Shown here: piece by piece, positions 49,960 through 62,734 of the stretch
Layout: each line of letters opens with the position of its first letter
Position numbering within the stretch: the first letter of the stretch is position 1
Assembly: GCF_018977255.1 (NCBI RefSeq)
Contig: NW_024704742.1
Span: 44,580,001 to 44,644,000 of the forward strand
Origin: Callorhinchus milii
Lineage: Eukaryota
Length of the DNA: 64,000 bases
Direction: 5' to 3'
Translations under genes and position numbers: made by a program
The notes under the pieces: generated by a model
Told to the model about the DNA's origin: nothing
The model's database searches: none
What the model saw: the letters and a program-made list of their open reading frames with translations, nothing else

Positions 49960-50272
49960 ATAATCCTCACATTTCCTCATAAGGAAGATGTTTCAAAGCA
50001 CTTCATTGGATATTATTGTAAACTGTAGTGACTGTATTTTCATAGGCAAACACAGCAGTTTGTTGCTGTGAGACAACAACAAAATACATTTGTATAGCAT
50101 CTTTCACGTTGAGAGGATGTCCCAAGGTGTTCACATCTTTGAGACATCTTAAAGCGCTTCACAAAATATACTGTAAAGTGGATCGACTGTGCACTTTGTA
50201 GGCGAAATGTGGCAGCCAATTGCACACAGCAATGTCCCACAACCAGTCGTGGATTGAGGGACCATTTTTTTT
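49960..50272 (-). mobile_element. Cluster: old SINE tail, L2 tail (50072-50130) and family A SINE fragment (50130-50272)
   Basis: Three successive tail-type motifs in the same orientation. Confidence 0.75.
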
Positions 50273-50799
50273 AGGCATGTCAGACCTGCCCCCTGCTCTC
50301 CATCCAGAACATGATTGGCTGTTGTTTGCCCTTTGCCATGATGGGCCCTGTTTGAGCTGCTCTTTATTGGCTGGACTAGCTTTCTTTTGCTGGCCCAGAG
50401 TGGTTACTCCAATTGATCGGGCTGACCAGGATTGACATCTCCCCTCACCATATAATATTGCTGGTGTTTCCATGATGCTGATTCCGCCCTTTTCACCCGT
50501 GTTACACACCATTGTAGCAGATAACTTGTAAGCAGTAACCAGGAAAGTGAAGCACACACTTTTACTGCTTTTTGTCTTAACATGTCACCAACAAATTCAC
50601 GAAAAGGTCAAAATAGATATGTGCATTGAGACCACATGCCCAAAAATAGTGTTTATTGTTCATTTTTTATTTACTAAATTTGCCGCGTGTGGCAAGTGGC
50701 AACCCTGGCAAAGTCGATGAGTTCATATTCCCATTGGGGTGCTCAAAACTACAGCTTCCTGACGCAGAGGTGAGAGTGTAACCACTGAGCTAGCCTGAT

Positions 50800-51010
50800 C
50801 TTCATCATTATCCATACACCCCTATGACTGGAAAATGCATGCATGTTGATGTGGGTGTAGACAGGATGACTGCTGTGCTCCCATGGTGGTATAGCCTGCT
50901 GACTGACAACTCACTCTCTGGGCTCACACGTGAGGAATGGTTACTTGGTGAAAGAAAGTGTGTGCCTGTGGAACACCATAATGAGTAGTACATTGTGCAG
51001 AGGAGGATAG
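50800..51010 (+). repeat. Old interspersed repeat (family Y, SINE-like)
   Basis: atagcctgctgactgacaactcactctctgggctcacacgtgaggaatggttacttggtga aligns with 52030-52090 (cacctaatgctcactgtaaagggtcacacataaagaagtcccatttgggtgagg). Confidence 0.65.
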
Positions 51011-51839
51011 AAAATTGGAGAGGATTTTTAAAAAATAGCATCAAAAATAGCATTCAAAAACAATAGGAATTGGCAGCTGTGACTCTGGCAGTGTTCAACA
51101 TGAGAAGGGTGCATAGGCAAAGTGAAATGATGGACGATAATACACATTTCAACAATTTATTGTTTTGATGGGGCTGCTTCGCTGGAGAAATGCCAGATTT
51201 GTTCACAGTCAACTGTTCACTCCAGCATTTACAGCAGCACAGCATGAATGGACGCAACACCAATCTGCTTTAGGAAATGATTTTCCAAAGCATAATGAAT
51301 TTTTCTTAAATGTGCAATTACTCACCGCTTATATTTAAAAATCATTAAGGGTGCTGGGAGAGTCCTTACCTGATTGCTTTTCCAATTTTATTGGAGGTTG
51401 TTTGTAATAAGCTACATGACATAATAAAACTGACAGACTTTACATTATCATAACACACACTGCAGCAATTTAATAAATTTTTAGACAAACGTTTCTCTGA
51501 TTTGTTTAGCTTATTATTTGTACCATAGAAGGGGAGCAACCTTCATTTGTCATGTTTGAACATGAGCTATTTCATTCCAAATATTTTGCTTTGTGTTAAT
51601 TCTTCTTTCCCCTGTAAATTCTGCTTCCAGAAACTGTTGTGTCCTACTATAATGAGCAGCACAGAAAACTACACTACAGAATGTCTTGGTTAAAGCAAGG
51701 CTTGGTTTCGCATTCCCCTGAGTTCTGTGCCCAAACTTAAAACATTTTGATGTTCAACCATATGATTCTTCTGCCATCAGGACATTTATTAAAGTGTGTG
51801 AGCTTTTAACAGAAAAAATCCATACATTTTACTGGAAGC

Positions 51840-52145
51840 ATCCTGCACCCCAGGTAAGTGAGGGTAAAATCAGCAAAGATTCCTGCTCCAGGACCATTAG
51901 TCAATGAACCACATCCCACCCCTCCCTCCCCACACACACATGTACATTTACGCACACTGCTTCCTCATTACAGAGTATGTGTGTAGATATTGAGTGCCAC
52001 ACTGAATCAGGCTTTGGCCCCCATGCCTACAACCACCTAATGCTCACTGTAAAGGGTCACACATAAAGAAGTCCCATTTGGGTGAGGAGCAGAGGGCTGT
52101 GGAGCCCATTCCCAGTAAAGTGTTGGTGTCTTCAGGACAGAAATA
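51840..52145 (+). repeat. Old interspersed repeat (family Y, SINE-like)
   Basis: gagggtaaaatcagcaaagattcctgctcc...gtgtagatattgagtg...; homologous to 50800-51010. A possible 5' part of the family lies at 48803-48990. Confidence 0.6.
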
Positions 52146-52364
52146 ACAAAAATTGACAAAATAAAGTAAACTTCCTTTCTTCCTTAGTGAGACAATGTTG
52201 TAGTCTTATGAATGGAGCCTTTCCCATTGTTTTGCTACAATGAACCCAGCACTACAACCGTTAACTTTGGCATTTGAATTATATAAGGCAGTTCTGAAAT
52301 TTTCAGGTACTGAAACAAGTGTTTGCTGTGTGTCTTGTGGTAAACGACTCACTCTCTTTTTTAG

Positions 52365-52504
52365 CATTCTGCTGTGAGTGCTTCACAACAGAACCAATTA
52401 TCAACCAAACTGACAATTCAGCCACAAAAATGGGCACAAGACCCAATTTAAATACAACTCCTCCTGTGAAAATATCCTCTAAATCTTGTATTTCAACTTC
52501 ATAT
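52365..52504 (+). other. Candidate exon (140 nt, or 9-nt form ending 52373; unverified)
   Basis: ctcactctcttttttAG acceptor; GTGAGT donors at 52374 and 52505; open S/T/N-rich frame. Confidence 0.25.
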
Positions 52505-52819
52505 GTGAGTAATGTGATTTCAAAATACATGGCAATCCTCATTAGAATGCAGCCTGGTTGACCTATTCTTTCTCTGACTAACTGTGCAGAAATATTAAAA
52601 CCTTTCCGCTCTCATGTAGTCATGTCATGGTGATGTGTCTCAGAGCACAATTTGGCTGCTTAGCACCAGTAAATTGCATCTCCAGTAATCATGAAACGTC
52701 AGACAACTGGTTACCCAACTTTATTGGTTATTGTAATAAAATTCTCTTTCAATAGATAAAATAACAATTATGGAGGCTTAGCCTCCCGAGTTTCTGATGA
52801 TAGGCTGCCACTATTTAGT

Positions 52820-53090
52820 ACTTTTTACATGCTCACAAGAGTTTCAAATGAAACCCTCTGGATGATTTGATTTCATCCTTCCAGAATACCAATCCTACCA
52901 TCTTCCCATTGCAGTATTAAGCTATTTTTTTAAGCGAGTTTAGCATCTTGACCTCACCCACCCTTCCTGGTAACCCAGTTATTATTAATCCTCTGGATGA
53001 AAAAATACTTACTGGTGACTATCCTGAAATTGTCCTTTGCAACTTGAACCTGTGGCACATTGGCATATCTGAAAATATCAGGGCAAGAAA
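52820..53090 (-). mobile_element. Decayed CR1 3' end
   Basis: The minus strand reads HRFKL..KDNFRIVTSKYFFIQRINN, typical of the CR1 ORF2 end. The 3' UTR resembles 3400-3497. Confidence 0.7.
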
Positions 53091-55209
53091 AGATAGGCAA
53101 GTTTGAAGTGCTGCCTTTGCAAGTTTGCTTCTTACATATCATGTGCAAAAATATAATAATGTTATTGATGGGAAAAAGGAAACCATCATCTTTTGAAATG
53201 AAACATTCATGGAAAGACAATATTTTTTTTAAACAAAATTAGAATAGCTGTTTTCTGCCTTCAGTGTTTTGCTAGTTGTTCTAGTAGGGAGTAATCTTAG
53301 TTTTATATGCACATGAATGCAATATGTTAACTCGTGCATAAAATCAGCACAATGCAGGAACTGTGTTTCTGGTAACAGCAATAAGGTGTGCTCTTTAGGG
53401 TGTATGTTAACTAATGAACCAATGTGTTTTGCACCACATACAGAGCAAGGCCATTTACATGGAGCCTCTGAGAGTTAATGCCAGGGGAGGTCTCTGTTAG
53501 TTTGAAAGGGATGTCACGGAGGGAAAGGAAGGTAGCCTGACAACATAGCTGCTTGAAAAAAGTTTTTCTGATTGCTGCAGTAGGGATTATGTAAATCACT
53601 CGGGAAAACTCAGTTCACTTGTTTCTAAATTAAAGTAGACAAAAATCACCCATTTGGAGATGTTTTTCTGATTCACTGCATTGTGACCATAACTGGATTA
53701 ATGCCCAAAAGAGAGCAGGTGTTTCAGGAATGTGCTTCTAAAATACTGTGTTGATTAGTTACCCACTGTCACAAGAAGCAACCAGAACACAGTCCCTGAC
53801 ATTATACAAGTTACATTTAATGGAAGGCTCTTAAATTAACTGAAAGAAAACAGTCAATTTTGCAGTATTTCTTAATGGATTTCTTATTGAAGAAATCTGA
53901 GTGAGATCTCCTGCTTAGTGATAGCATATCATGCATTTCATTCCAACTCAAAGAAACCCCACTTTGAACATAGCCTAACTTGGAGCAGTCTTCCCATGAG
54001 CCGTTGTTGGTCTTTTGAATTTCTCAATTAACAAATCCATTAATACTGCAAAACAGATCCACTTTGTTGCAAATACAACTGATTCATTCAGCCTACAATA
54101 ATTCGCAAAAGGACCACAATGCATTTGGAGTTTAATTCAATGGAAATTGAAAAATCATGTGAACTACCTTCCAGAATTTGTAGTTAATGAGGCAGAAGAC
54201 ATGAGCTGAAGTAGATTAATGTAATAATGTGTTATCTGTTGCAGTTCTGGCCTATTAGGGCTGTGATTCCACCATGGTTCACTGCAGAACTTTCAAAATG
54301 GAGGAACTGCCAAGAGTGGTGTTTGTAATAATAATAATACTAATAATAACAATTCTTGTATTTGATATAGCACCTTATAACGTCTTCGAGATGTCTCAAA
54401 GCGCTTTGTGATCAGTGAGATTAACAGAGCAAATCCATTTAAACATAAGGTGCCGTTTTTATTTTGAAGAGTGGCACACATCAAAATAGGTTCTATTTTT
54501 AAGAGAGAGAAGTGATCTTCTTACTCCTCACAAGTGACATTTGCCAGGTTTGGTAATGTGAGGTGCTTGTGCTGGTAGAATGACATTTTCCAGACTGCTT
54601 ATGGAAACATTTCATACGCCCACTGCAATTTGCTCTGCAACTTCAGGACATGCTGTGAAGTAAAGGCTTTGGTCCACAAATTGTTCTTTCACAACAGAAT
54701 ACAACAATAATAACTTGCATTTATACAGCGACTTTCATGTGAAAGAACATTCCAAGCATTGAAAATGTGTAAGGGTGCACACCCACTATGAAGATTTAAT
54801 AGATGACCAAAGGCAGATTGAGGAGACATATTTTTAGGATTTTTGTGAAAGCAAGGAGTGAAGTAGCAAGGTGAATACCTCTAAGAATTTGAAAATAGCA
54901 GAATTATACAAGTTACAATGAGTAATAATAATAGTGAGGAGGGTGAGAGAAGAGGAAATAATGAGGAAATTGGCAGGGGGTAAAAAATCTTAACAAGAGG
55001 ATTTCTACGCAGTGATTTTATGAGCAAATATTATGAACAGTGATTTCACTACTTTTATTTAACAAAATAAAATAAAAGGTCTCTCTCATATAATTGGAAC
55101 CCTATCTTTCTTGAAACAATTCCAGACAAGAGTTTATGTAACTGAAGGAGCAAATAACAGTGGAGATAATATAAGATCAGCTGAATGTGGACACGACGGA
55201 AGCCATACT

Positions 55210-55965
55210 TCTTGGCTCCCATCAATGTCTTCACGCCTGTGGATCTGAACTCCTCAACCTCCCTGGGCTCTCCCTCATACTCATTGAACCATGTGCAATG
55301 TAGGCGACCGGATCGACTGCCAAATCTGGTACCTGACCAAGATGGCCTTTCTCCACCTCAGCCACATTGCCCGCCTCCGACCGTAATTTACCTCAAATGC
55401 AGCTGAAGACCTCGTGCATGTGTTTGTCACCTCCCACTTCTCCACCATTCAAAAATTCCAGCTCATTCAGAACTCTGCTGCCCATATACTGACCCGGATC
55501 AAACTCCATAACCACATCTCACCAGTTCTGGCCGGGCTCCACTGGCTCCCCATCACCGAATGGATCGACTTCAAGATCCTCACACTCGTGTTCAAATCCA
55601 TTCACTCCCTGGCAGCTCCTAGCCTGTCCGACCTCCTCACTCCCCAATCCACCATCCGGGGCCTCCGCTCGCCTGGCACTGGCCTCCTGCTCATCCCTCG
55701 CACCCTCCACTCCATCATTGGAGGTTGTGCTTTCAACTACTACGCCAGAAGCTCAGGAAAACTCTCCCTCAATCCTTCCACCTTGCCCCCTCTCTCCCCT
55801 TTTTCAAGTCAAGCCTGAAAAACTTCCTTTTTGACCGAGCGTACGGTCACCTCCCCATCCCCCCAACCCCATGCGGCTTGGAGTCAGGCTATGCCACTGT
55901 TAAGCGCTATGAGACGCTACCCTGCGAGGAGGGTGCTATATACGTACAAGTTATCTGCTGTTGTT
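55210..55965 (+). mobile_element. L2 ORF2 C-terminal fragment with internal deletion and 3' tail
   Basis: VHVFVTS..FQLIQNSAAHILTR..HISPVLAGLHWLPITEWIDFKILTLVFKSIH, then tail aagcgctatgagacgc...gtgctatatacgtacaagttatctgctgttgtt. Confidence 0.92.
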
Positions 55966-56339
55966 TTTCTGCCAGGCTTTATCTTTGTTGATGGTGATTT
56001 TAGGCAGTCGTGAAGCATTGGACATTAAGTCAATATCACAGCTCCACCTCCACTAATGTGCCAATTGGTCTTTGGAGTTTTGTGAATATCAGAGATCTAG
56101 CTGTGATCTACACTGCTGCTATAACATTTACTGATATAGCATTGCTGTGCTGCCAGGGCTAGTGGCCCCCTCACTGCTGCTCACAGAATGATTGTTTTTT
56201 TCATTTTATTGTAAATTGAAATTAGTCAATGAGGATCATCAATAATCTGTATAATGTCTCTCCTTATGTCAAGACCGATGAGAAGATTGATCAGCGTAAC
56301 AAACAGGACAAAACAAACTAGTAAGACCAGCCACAATGA

Positions 56340-57010
56340 TAAGTAATACTACTACTACTAATTCTAATAACCGTTATCATTCTTGCATTTGATATAGCAC
56401 CGTATCACATTGGAAGGAAGTCTCAAAGCACTTCACAGGATATAGATAAATACGGCAGCACATTTGCTCACAGCATTGCCCCATCAATAGCCGTGAAGTG
56501 GCTTACTTCTGCAATGAGGGATGGTAGGACGGTAACCTGCTGACTCCCTACCACCCTGCCCGCTCCATCCATTCAGCGCGCTCCGGTCTGCTTCATGTCT
56601 CCCGCCCGACCCACCCTACCATCGGTGGCCGGGCTTTCAGCCTCTCTGCCCCCACACTCTGGAACTCCACCCCACAGTCCCTCCACCTCGCTTCCTCCCT
56701 TGCCTCCTTCAAGGCTGGTCTCAAGACCCTTCTCTTTGATCGTGCCTTTGGTCTTGCTCCCACCTCTCTGCTTTCCTTCACCCCTACCCCACCCTTCCCC
56801 CATGCTCGGGCCCCGGCACCTGACTGTTCAGCGCTTTGGGATGTCCTCCCAACGTGCAAGGCGCTCTCTAAATGTAATTTTGCTGTTGATGTTTTTTGGA
56901 AGGATGAAGGAAGTTACCAATTTTCTTTAGGGAATTTTTGGCCAGGACTCTTTTCAAATAGTGCCATGGGATCGTTAACATCAACAGGCAGCTGGGACCT
57001 TGGGTTAACG
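56340..57010 (-). mobile_element. Deu-domain SINE split by an L2 fragment
   Basis: The tail (56340-56500) and core (56915-57010, atagtgccatgggatcgttaacatc) flank the L2 at 56540-56892. Confidence 0.65.
56540..56892 (+). mobile_element. L2 3' fragment
   Basis: accatcggtggccgggctttcagcctctctgcccccacactctggaactcc...cagcgctttgggatgtcctcccaacgtgcaaggcgctctctaaatgtaattttgctgttg. Confidence 0.92.
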
Positions 57011-57069
57011 TAACAAGGTAAATTAATGCTAACACAAGTGTTATCGTCAGATTTGGCAGGACTGCACCA

Positions 57070-58654
57070 AGCCTGACTGCTCTGCTCTCACCTAAGCTAA
57101 GTCATCCTTTTATTCCAAAAGCATGTTGGAAGCTAAGGACAACCAAAGACTCCTCTTTTCTACCATAAGCCAACTCTTCCATTCACCCTTCCATGCCTCT
57201 GCCATTCTCTCCTCCAACACCAAATGCGAGGAGATGATGGATTTCTTCGAGTCCAAAGTCAAGGGGATCCACTCTGCCGCCTCTAGCCCCTCTACTGGCA
57301 CCTCGTACCCACCTCCTGCTCCGCTTTCAGCCCTCCCCCCCATCCCTCCCTCAACACTTTTGATCCTTGTCTCCCCCTCTTCGCTAACCTCCATTATTTC
57401 CCATATGAAATTCACCACCTGCTCCCTTGACCCCATCCTTACCCCTCTACTCACCTCCCAGCTCCACCTCCTTGCCCCTCTACTAACAGACTTTCTTGAC
57501 CTCTCCCTATCCACTGGCACCGTACCCATCCCCCTAAAGACAACCGTAATCACCTCTACCCTCAAAAAACCTTCCCTTGACTCATCTCTGCTCTACAACT
57601 ACCGCCCCATTTCAAACCTTCCTTTTTTATCAAAGGTCATGGAATGAGTCATCACTTCCCAGCTTCACTTTTTTCTCTCCCAGCATTCCCTCCATGAACC
57701 CCTCTAGTCTGGGTTTTGTGCTGCCCACAGCTCAGAGACAGAGGTGGTCAAAGTGATAAAGTAATTCTGTCCACCTGCGACCAGGGCTCTCTCTGTCTCC
57801 TCGACCTTGTCAACCTCTCGGCTGCTTTCGATACTGTTGGCCACTCTATTCTTCTTCACCACCTCTTTGCTCACCTCCACTTCAATGATTCTGTTTTTGC
57901 CTGATTCCAATCCTACCTTTCCCACTATCTATATTTCATGGCCACCAAAGGCTTCTCCTATAGCCCATGCACTGCAATGTGTGGGCTCTGTCTTCGGTTC
58001 CCTTCTCGTCAATGTATACATGCTCCCGCTCGGCGATGTTATCTGCAGGCATGGGATCAATTTTCACATGTATGTGGAAGATACCCAACTCCATCGCGTC
58101 ACCTCCACCCTCGACTCCAGGACCTTTAATGTCCTAGCCAATTGCCTCTCTGACATCAAATCCTGAATGAGAGCTAACTTCCTGCAGCTCAATGTTGGCA
58201 AAACAGAGGCCCTCCTGCTTGGCTCCCAGCAGCACTTCCTCACCTAAGCCACTGACAGTATCACCATTCAAGGCTGCATTCTTCACCTCACCGAGCCAAT
58301 CCGAAACCTTGTTGTACTTTATGACCCTCAGCTATCCTTCAAATTCCACATTCATGCCATGACCCTTTCCACCTCCGCAACATTACCTTCCTCCACCACT
58401 GCCTATAACTGGAAGGCACCAAGACCTTGATTCACGCTTTCATTGGGTCCTGGCTAGACTACACTAACTGCCTGCTCATTGGACTTACTGACTCTTACTG
58501 ACAAGCTGCAGATTATTCAGAACTCTGGAGCTCATGTCCTCTCCCGCACCAGGCTCCGGGAATGTATCACCTCCATTCTTGTCCGGCTTCACTGGTTCCC
58601 CTTTCCTCAGAGAATCAAGAAAAAAAATCCTTGTTTTTACCTTCAAGGCCCTCC
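57070..58654 (+). mobile_element. L2 LINE ORF2 pseudogene (linker and RT), outer element, 5' part
   Basis: TTCSLDPI, LKKPSLD..NYRPISNLPFLSKVME, NLSAAFDTVGH, GSVFGSLL..YMLPLG, MYVEDTQL, with stops and frameshifts. Confidence 0.95.
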
Positions 58655-60255
58655 TTTGACCCCATCCTCACCGCTCTCCTTATCTCCCAGCTCTACCTCT
58701 TCATCCCTCTATTCTCCAACACCATCAATTCCTCTGTTTCATCTGGCATTGTTCCCATCCCCTTAAAAACAGATGCAATCACTCTCCATACTGAAAAAAC
58801 CTTCCCTGGACCCATCCCTGCTTTCTAACTACCGGCCCATTTCCAACCTCGCTTTTCTTTCGAAGGTGCTTGTTAGAGACATTGCTTCTCAGCTTCACTC
58901 ATTCCTCTCCTACCATTCCCTTCATGAGCCCCTCCAATTGGGTTTCCATGATGCTCGCAGCAGGGAAACTGCTCCAGTCAAGGTGACAAACGATATTTTG
59001 TCCATCTGTGACCAGCGCTCCCTCTGCCTCTTCACCCTCCTTGACCTCTCTGCTGTCTTCGATACCATGGACCACGCCATCCTCCTACACCACCTCTCCT
59101 CTCACCTCAACCTTCCGTGTTCTGTCTTTGAGTGGTTCAGCTCTTATCTCTCACTCCACCTCCAATTTGTCTCCGCCAACAGTTTCTCTTCCAGCCCTGG
59201 CACAGGCTTGTGTGGTGTTTCTCAGGGCTCTGTCCTCGGTCCCCTCCTCTTCAACCTCTACATGCTCCCCCTTCGTGACATCATCCACAAACATGGGGTC
59301 AACTTCCACATGTACGCGGATGACACCCAATTCTATCTCTCTGTATCCACCCTCGATTCCAGTCTGTCTGACATCATCCTGGATGAGAGCCAACTTTCTA
59401 CAGGTGAATGTCAGCCAAACTGAGGCCCTCCTGATTGGCTCGTGCCAGCACCTCAGTACCTCAGGCACTGGCTTGATCAGCATTCACTGTTGCACACTCC
59501 ACCTCACCAAAACAATTAGGAAGCTGGGTTTCTTGTTCGACCCTGAACTGTCCTTTATCCTGCATATCCATGTCATGACTCGCCCTGTCTTCTCCTTTCT
59601 CCGCAACATTGCCCGACTCCACCACTGCCTCACCACTCAGGTCGCCGAAACCTTCATACACCCATTTGTCACCTCAAGACTCGACTACGGAATCTCCCTC
59701 TTTGTTGGCCTCCCCAACTCTTCCCTCCACAAGCTGCAGATCATCCGGAACTCTGCAGCTTGTGTCCTCTCCCACACCAGGCTCCGTGACCCCATCACCC
59801 CCACCGTCGCCTTGCGTCACTGGCTTCCCATCCCTCAGAGGATAGAATTCAAATTCCTCGTCCTTGATTTCAAGGCCCTCCACGGCCTTGACTCCTCCTA
59901 CATCTCTGACCTGGTGACCCATTATCAACCTGTCTGCTCCCTTCACTCAGCAGGCTCTGGCCTACTTCATGTCTCCCACCCAACCCGCCTTACCATCGGC
60001 CGCTGGGTTTCAGCCTCTCTGCTCCCACTCTTTGGAACTTCATCCCTCGGTCCCTTCGCCTCGCTTCCTCCCTTGCGTCCTTCAAGGCCGGCCTCAAGAC
60101 CCTTTTCTTCGACTGTGCCTTTGGTCTCCCTCCCACTTCTCTGCCTTCCCTCACCCCGACACCGACCCGACACCTGACTGTTCAGCGCTTTGGGACATCC
60201 TCCCGACGTGAAATGTGCTCTATAAATGTAATTTTGTTGTTGATGTTGTTGTTGA
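58655..60255 (+). mobile_element. L2 LINE RT pseudogene with 3' tail, inner (inserted) element
   Basis: NYRPISNLAFLSKVL, LLDLSAVFDTMDH, GVSQGSVLGPLLFNLYMLPL, MYADDTQ, FVTSRLDY, HWLPIPQRIEFK; (GTT)n tail; frameshifted. Confidence 0.97.
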
Positions 60256-60612
60256 TTCCTCCATCCTCTCCGACCTCATAACCCCATATCAGTCTGTCCG
60301 CTCCCTCTGCTCAGCCTGCTTCAGGTCCCTCACACTTACCTCTCCAACATTGGTGGTCGGGCATTCAGCATCTCTGTCCCCGCACTCTGTAACTCTATCT
60401 CGCAATCCCTCTACCTCACTCCCTCTCTTGCCTCTTTCAAGTCCCATCCGAAGACCTTCCTCTTCGATTGTGCCTTCGGCCACCCTCCCACCCCCACCCT
60501 CTGGCCTCTTTCCTTTCTGACTCCAACTCCCAGCTTGGGTCCAAAACCCCTAATTGTCCAGCGCCCTGGGAAGTCTTTCTGACGTGTTGTGCGTTATACA
60601 AGTGTAATTTGT
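60256..60612 (+). mobile_element. 3' remainder of the outer L2
   Basis: Starts cctccatcctctccgacctc (SxLSDL), just downstream of the FKAL point where the outer copy breaks at 58654. Ends with an L2 tail. Confidence 0.85.
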
Positions 60613-60780
60613 TCACAGAATATACTATAAAGGGAATTGACTGTTTATTTTGTGGGTAAAATATAGCTGCCAATTCCACACAGCAGTCGTAGATTGAATG
60701 ACCAAAAATGTTTTATGGCATTATTAACCCCGGAAAGCATTTTGGCAATCGACTAACAACAGAGGCTGTGGAGTAAGAAA
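60613..60780 (-). mobile_element. Family A SINE fragment with internal deletions
   Basis: ttcacagaatatactataaagggaattgactg...ggcaatcgactaacaacagaggctgtggagtaag. Confidence 0.8.
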
Positions 60781-61864
60781 AAATGAAAAAAAGGTGGCAG
60801 TTCTGACATTGGATATCTCTTCAGCATTGCTGAATGTTTCTGCTGCTCACAGATGCTGAATAGAGAGTCGTTCCACACGTGTGTCAAATCTGTAGCTTCA
60901 TTGGGTGTCAAGTGTGCAATGTGCAGTGTGACATTAGCTTGGAATTAAAGTTTATGTAAAATTACAAGGGGGATCAATTCTCTACATTTGATGATATATG
61001 TGGAAAGAGGAGAGAAGCACCTGAAATATATACTGTAGAAAAAATGTTGCTACAATATGCAAGCAGGACTAAAAATTCTGGTTCAGACTGGTATGAATAT
61101 AAGAATGCAACATAATCTCCTTTCACTAATCTCTTTTTCTCACCAATATCCACTGTACCTTTTTACTCATCATTCATATTGAATCCAATAACTAAATATA
61201 TAACTGGCATCAAATAGACATTACTCCCATTTATTGTAAGGACCGTTCTAGATATGAGGAGATTGAAGAATATGTTTCTCTTCTCAATCATTGTTCATTT
61301 TGTTGCTGCATATCACATCAAAATAGAACCATGAGGCTTTGAACTTGCAATCTAAATTTACAGATACCTTGTGTATTAAAAATGAATTACCTGGATGTGT
61401 GGGAGGTGGACTGTGTCCTCCTGACACTATCATCAATGCCAAAAAGCCAGCTTATATGTTTACCTTCAAAACTACAGATTTCAGCTGTCAGTCAGTGGCC
61501 CAAACAACAGCTAGCATTTATATAGCACCCCTCACGCAAGGTAGTGTCTCAGAGCACAAAGGCTTTACGCTGGGCTTTAATACATTTTGATTCAAATTAT
61601 GATAAGGTAATAGATTTTTTAAAATAAATAGATGACCACTTTAAAGTTGCATTACTTCTGTATTCCTAAAAACCTGACCTAAGCGCTCCGAGACCCTATC
61701 CCACACTATATAAATGTAAGTTGTTGTTGTTGTTCACGTGGATAGACAATTTTCTGCACAAATAGAGCTATTCAAATGGAGCTGAAGTGCCAGGTCATGT
61801 ATCTTCAACAGGATTAAGGAAGATAAGGTACACAAATGAGTCTCCTTCCAATATCATTAAGTAC

Positions 61865-62010
61865 AGCACAACAACACAACAAGAACAACATGGCCCTCCA
61901 CGCCGGACGGAGTCTCAGAGCGCTTTACAGTTTCAGATCCCGGGACCAAGCCAGGGGGAGGGAGGGGAAGGTGACCAAAAACGCAGTCGAAAAGAAAGGT
62001 CCTCAGCAGA
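61865..62010 (-). mobile_element. Short L2 3' fragment
   Basis: (caa)-rich start, gccctccacgccggacggagtctcagagcgctttacag...ggaaggtgaccaaaaacgcagtcgaaaagaaaggtc. Confidence 0.7.
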
Positions 62011-62734
62011 GATGATCACCATACTGATAAAGGCAACACCTCTCCAACCTAATTTACTTTTAGAGTAAACTTGTTAACTGTTGCTGGATGTTTCACATAG
62101 TCAGGTGGATTTCCCAATTTGTATCAGACTTCACGGAAATATTTATCTTTCAAATGTTTATCAGCCTGTATTGGATTTTCAGCATTTTTCTGTTTTTATT
62201 CCAGGTGACTAAGACACCAGCAAGCTTGGCTTAATTCTGCCCAGTGCTGGGGCTCTAATAGGTAATCCATGGGGTCTATTTTGGGCACTTCTTAAAAGTA
62301 TTTCTTAATAAGGAATTCTGTTGGAATCCAAAGTAACTCACAATGTGACCCGACATTGGCTTTATTTTTGCTTGTGATGGTACAATAAAAGCAAAGGGTA
62401 TCAATTAATCAAAACCAGACCTCAATGCTGTATATACTGAGAAATTTTCCTATAAGATTAACTTTCAAGTCTTTGTACGAGTTTAGTATCAAAAGGAAAC
62501 TTAAAGGCACTTCTCAAAAAGAGATGGAGATTTCTCCCAATTACTTGAACAAAATACTCAGATAAATTGATAATTCACTTCTTATGTGCAAGCTTGCTGA
62601 GCACAAATTGGCTGTCGTTTTTGTCTATAATTACACAGTCATTACACCTAATAGTAAATTTGCATATCGTGCTTTGAGATATTTCAATATTGTCAGCATT
62701 TCTGTGTCAGAACACTTTCAAATGTTGAAGATAT

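Noticed and set aside
52706..52980. Apparent TIR pair (aactggttaccc / ggtaacccagtt) suggesting a MITE
   Set aside because: The right motif lies inside a CR1 coding remnant that continues past it, and there is no TSD.
59008..60177. 389-aa ORF, and the other Pro/Ser-rich or Gly/Glu-rich ORFs at 1420-1778, 13324-13925, 25552-25982, 48201-48663 and 56573-56930, as host genes
   Set aside because: They are frameshifted, alternative-frame or antisense translations of C-rich L2 sequence. No intact ORF2 is present.
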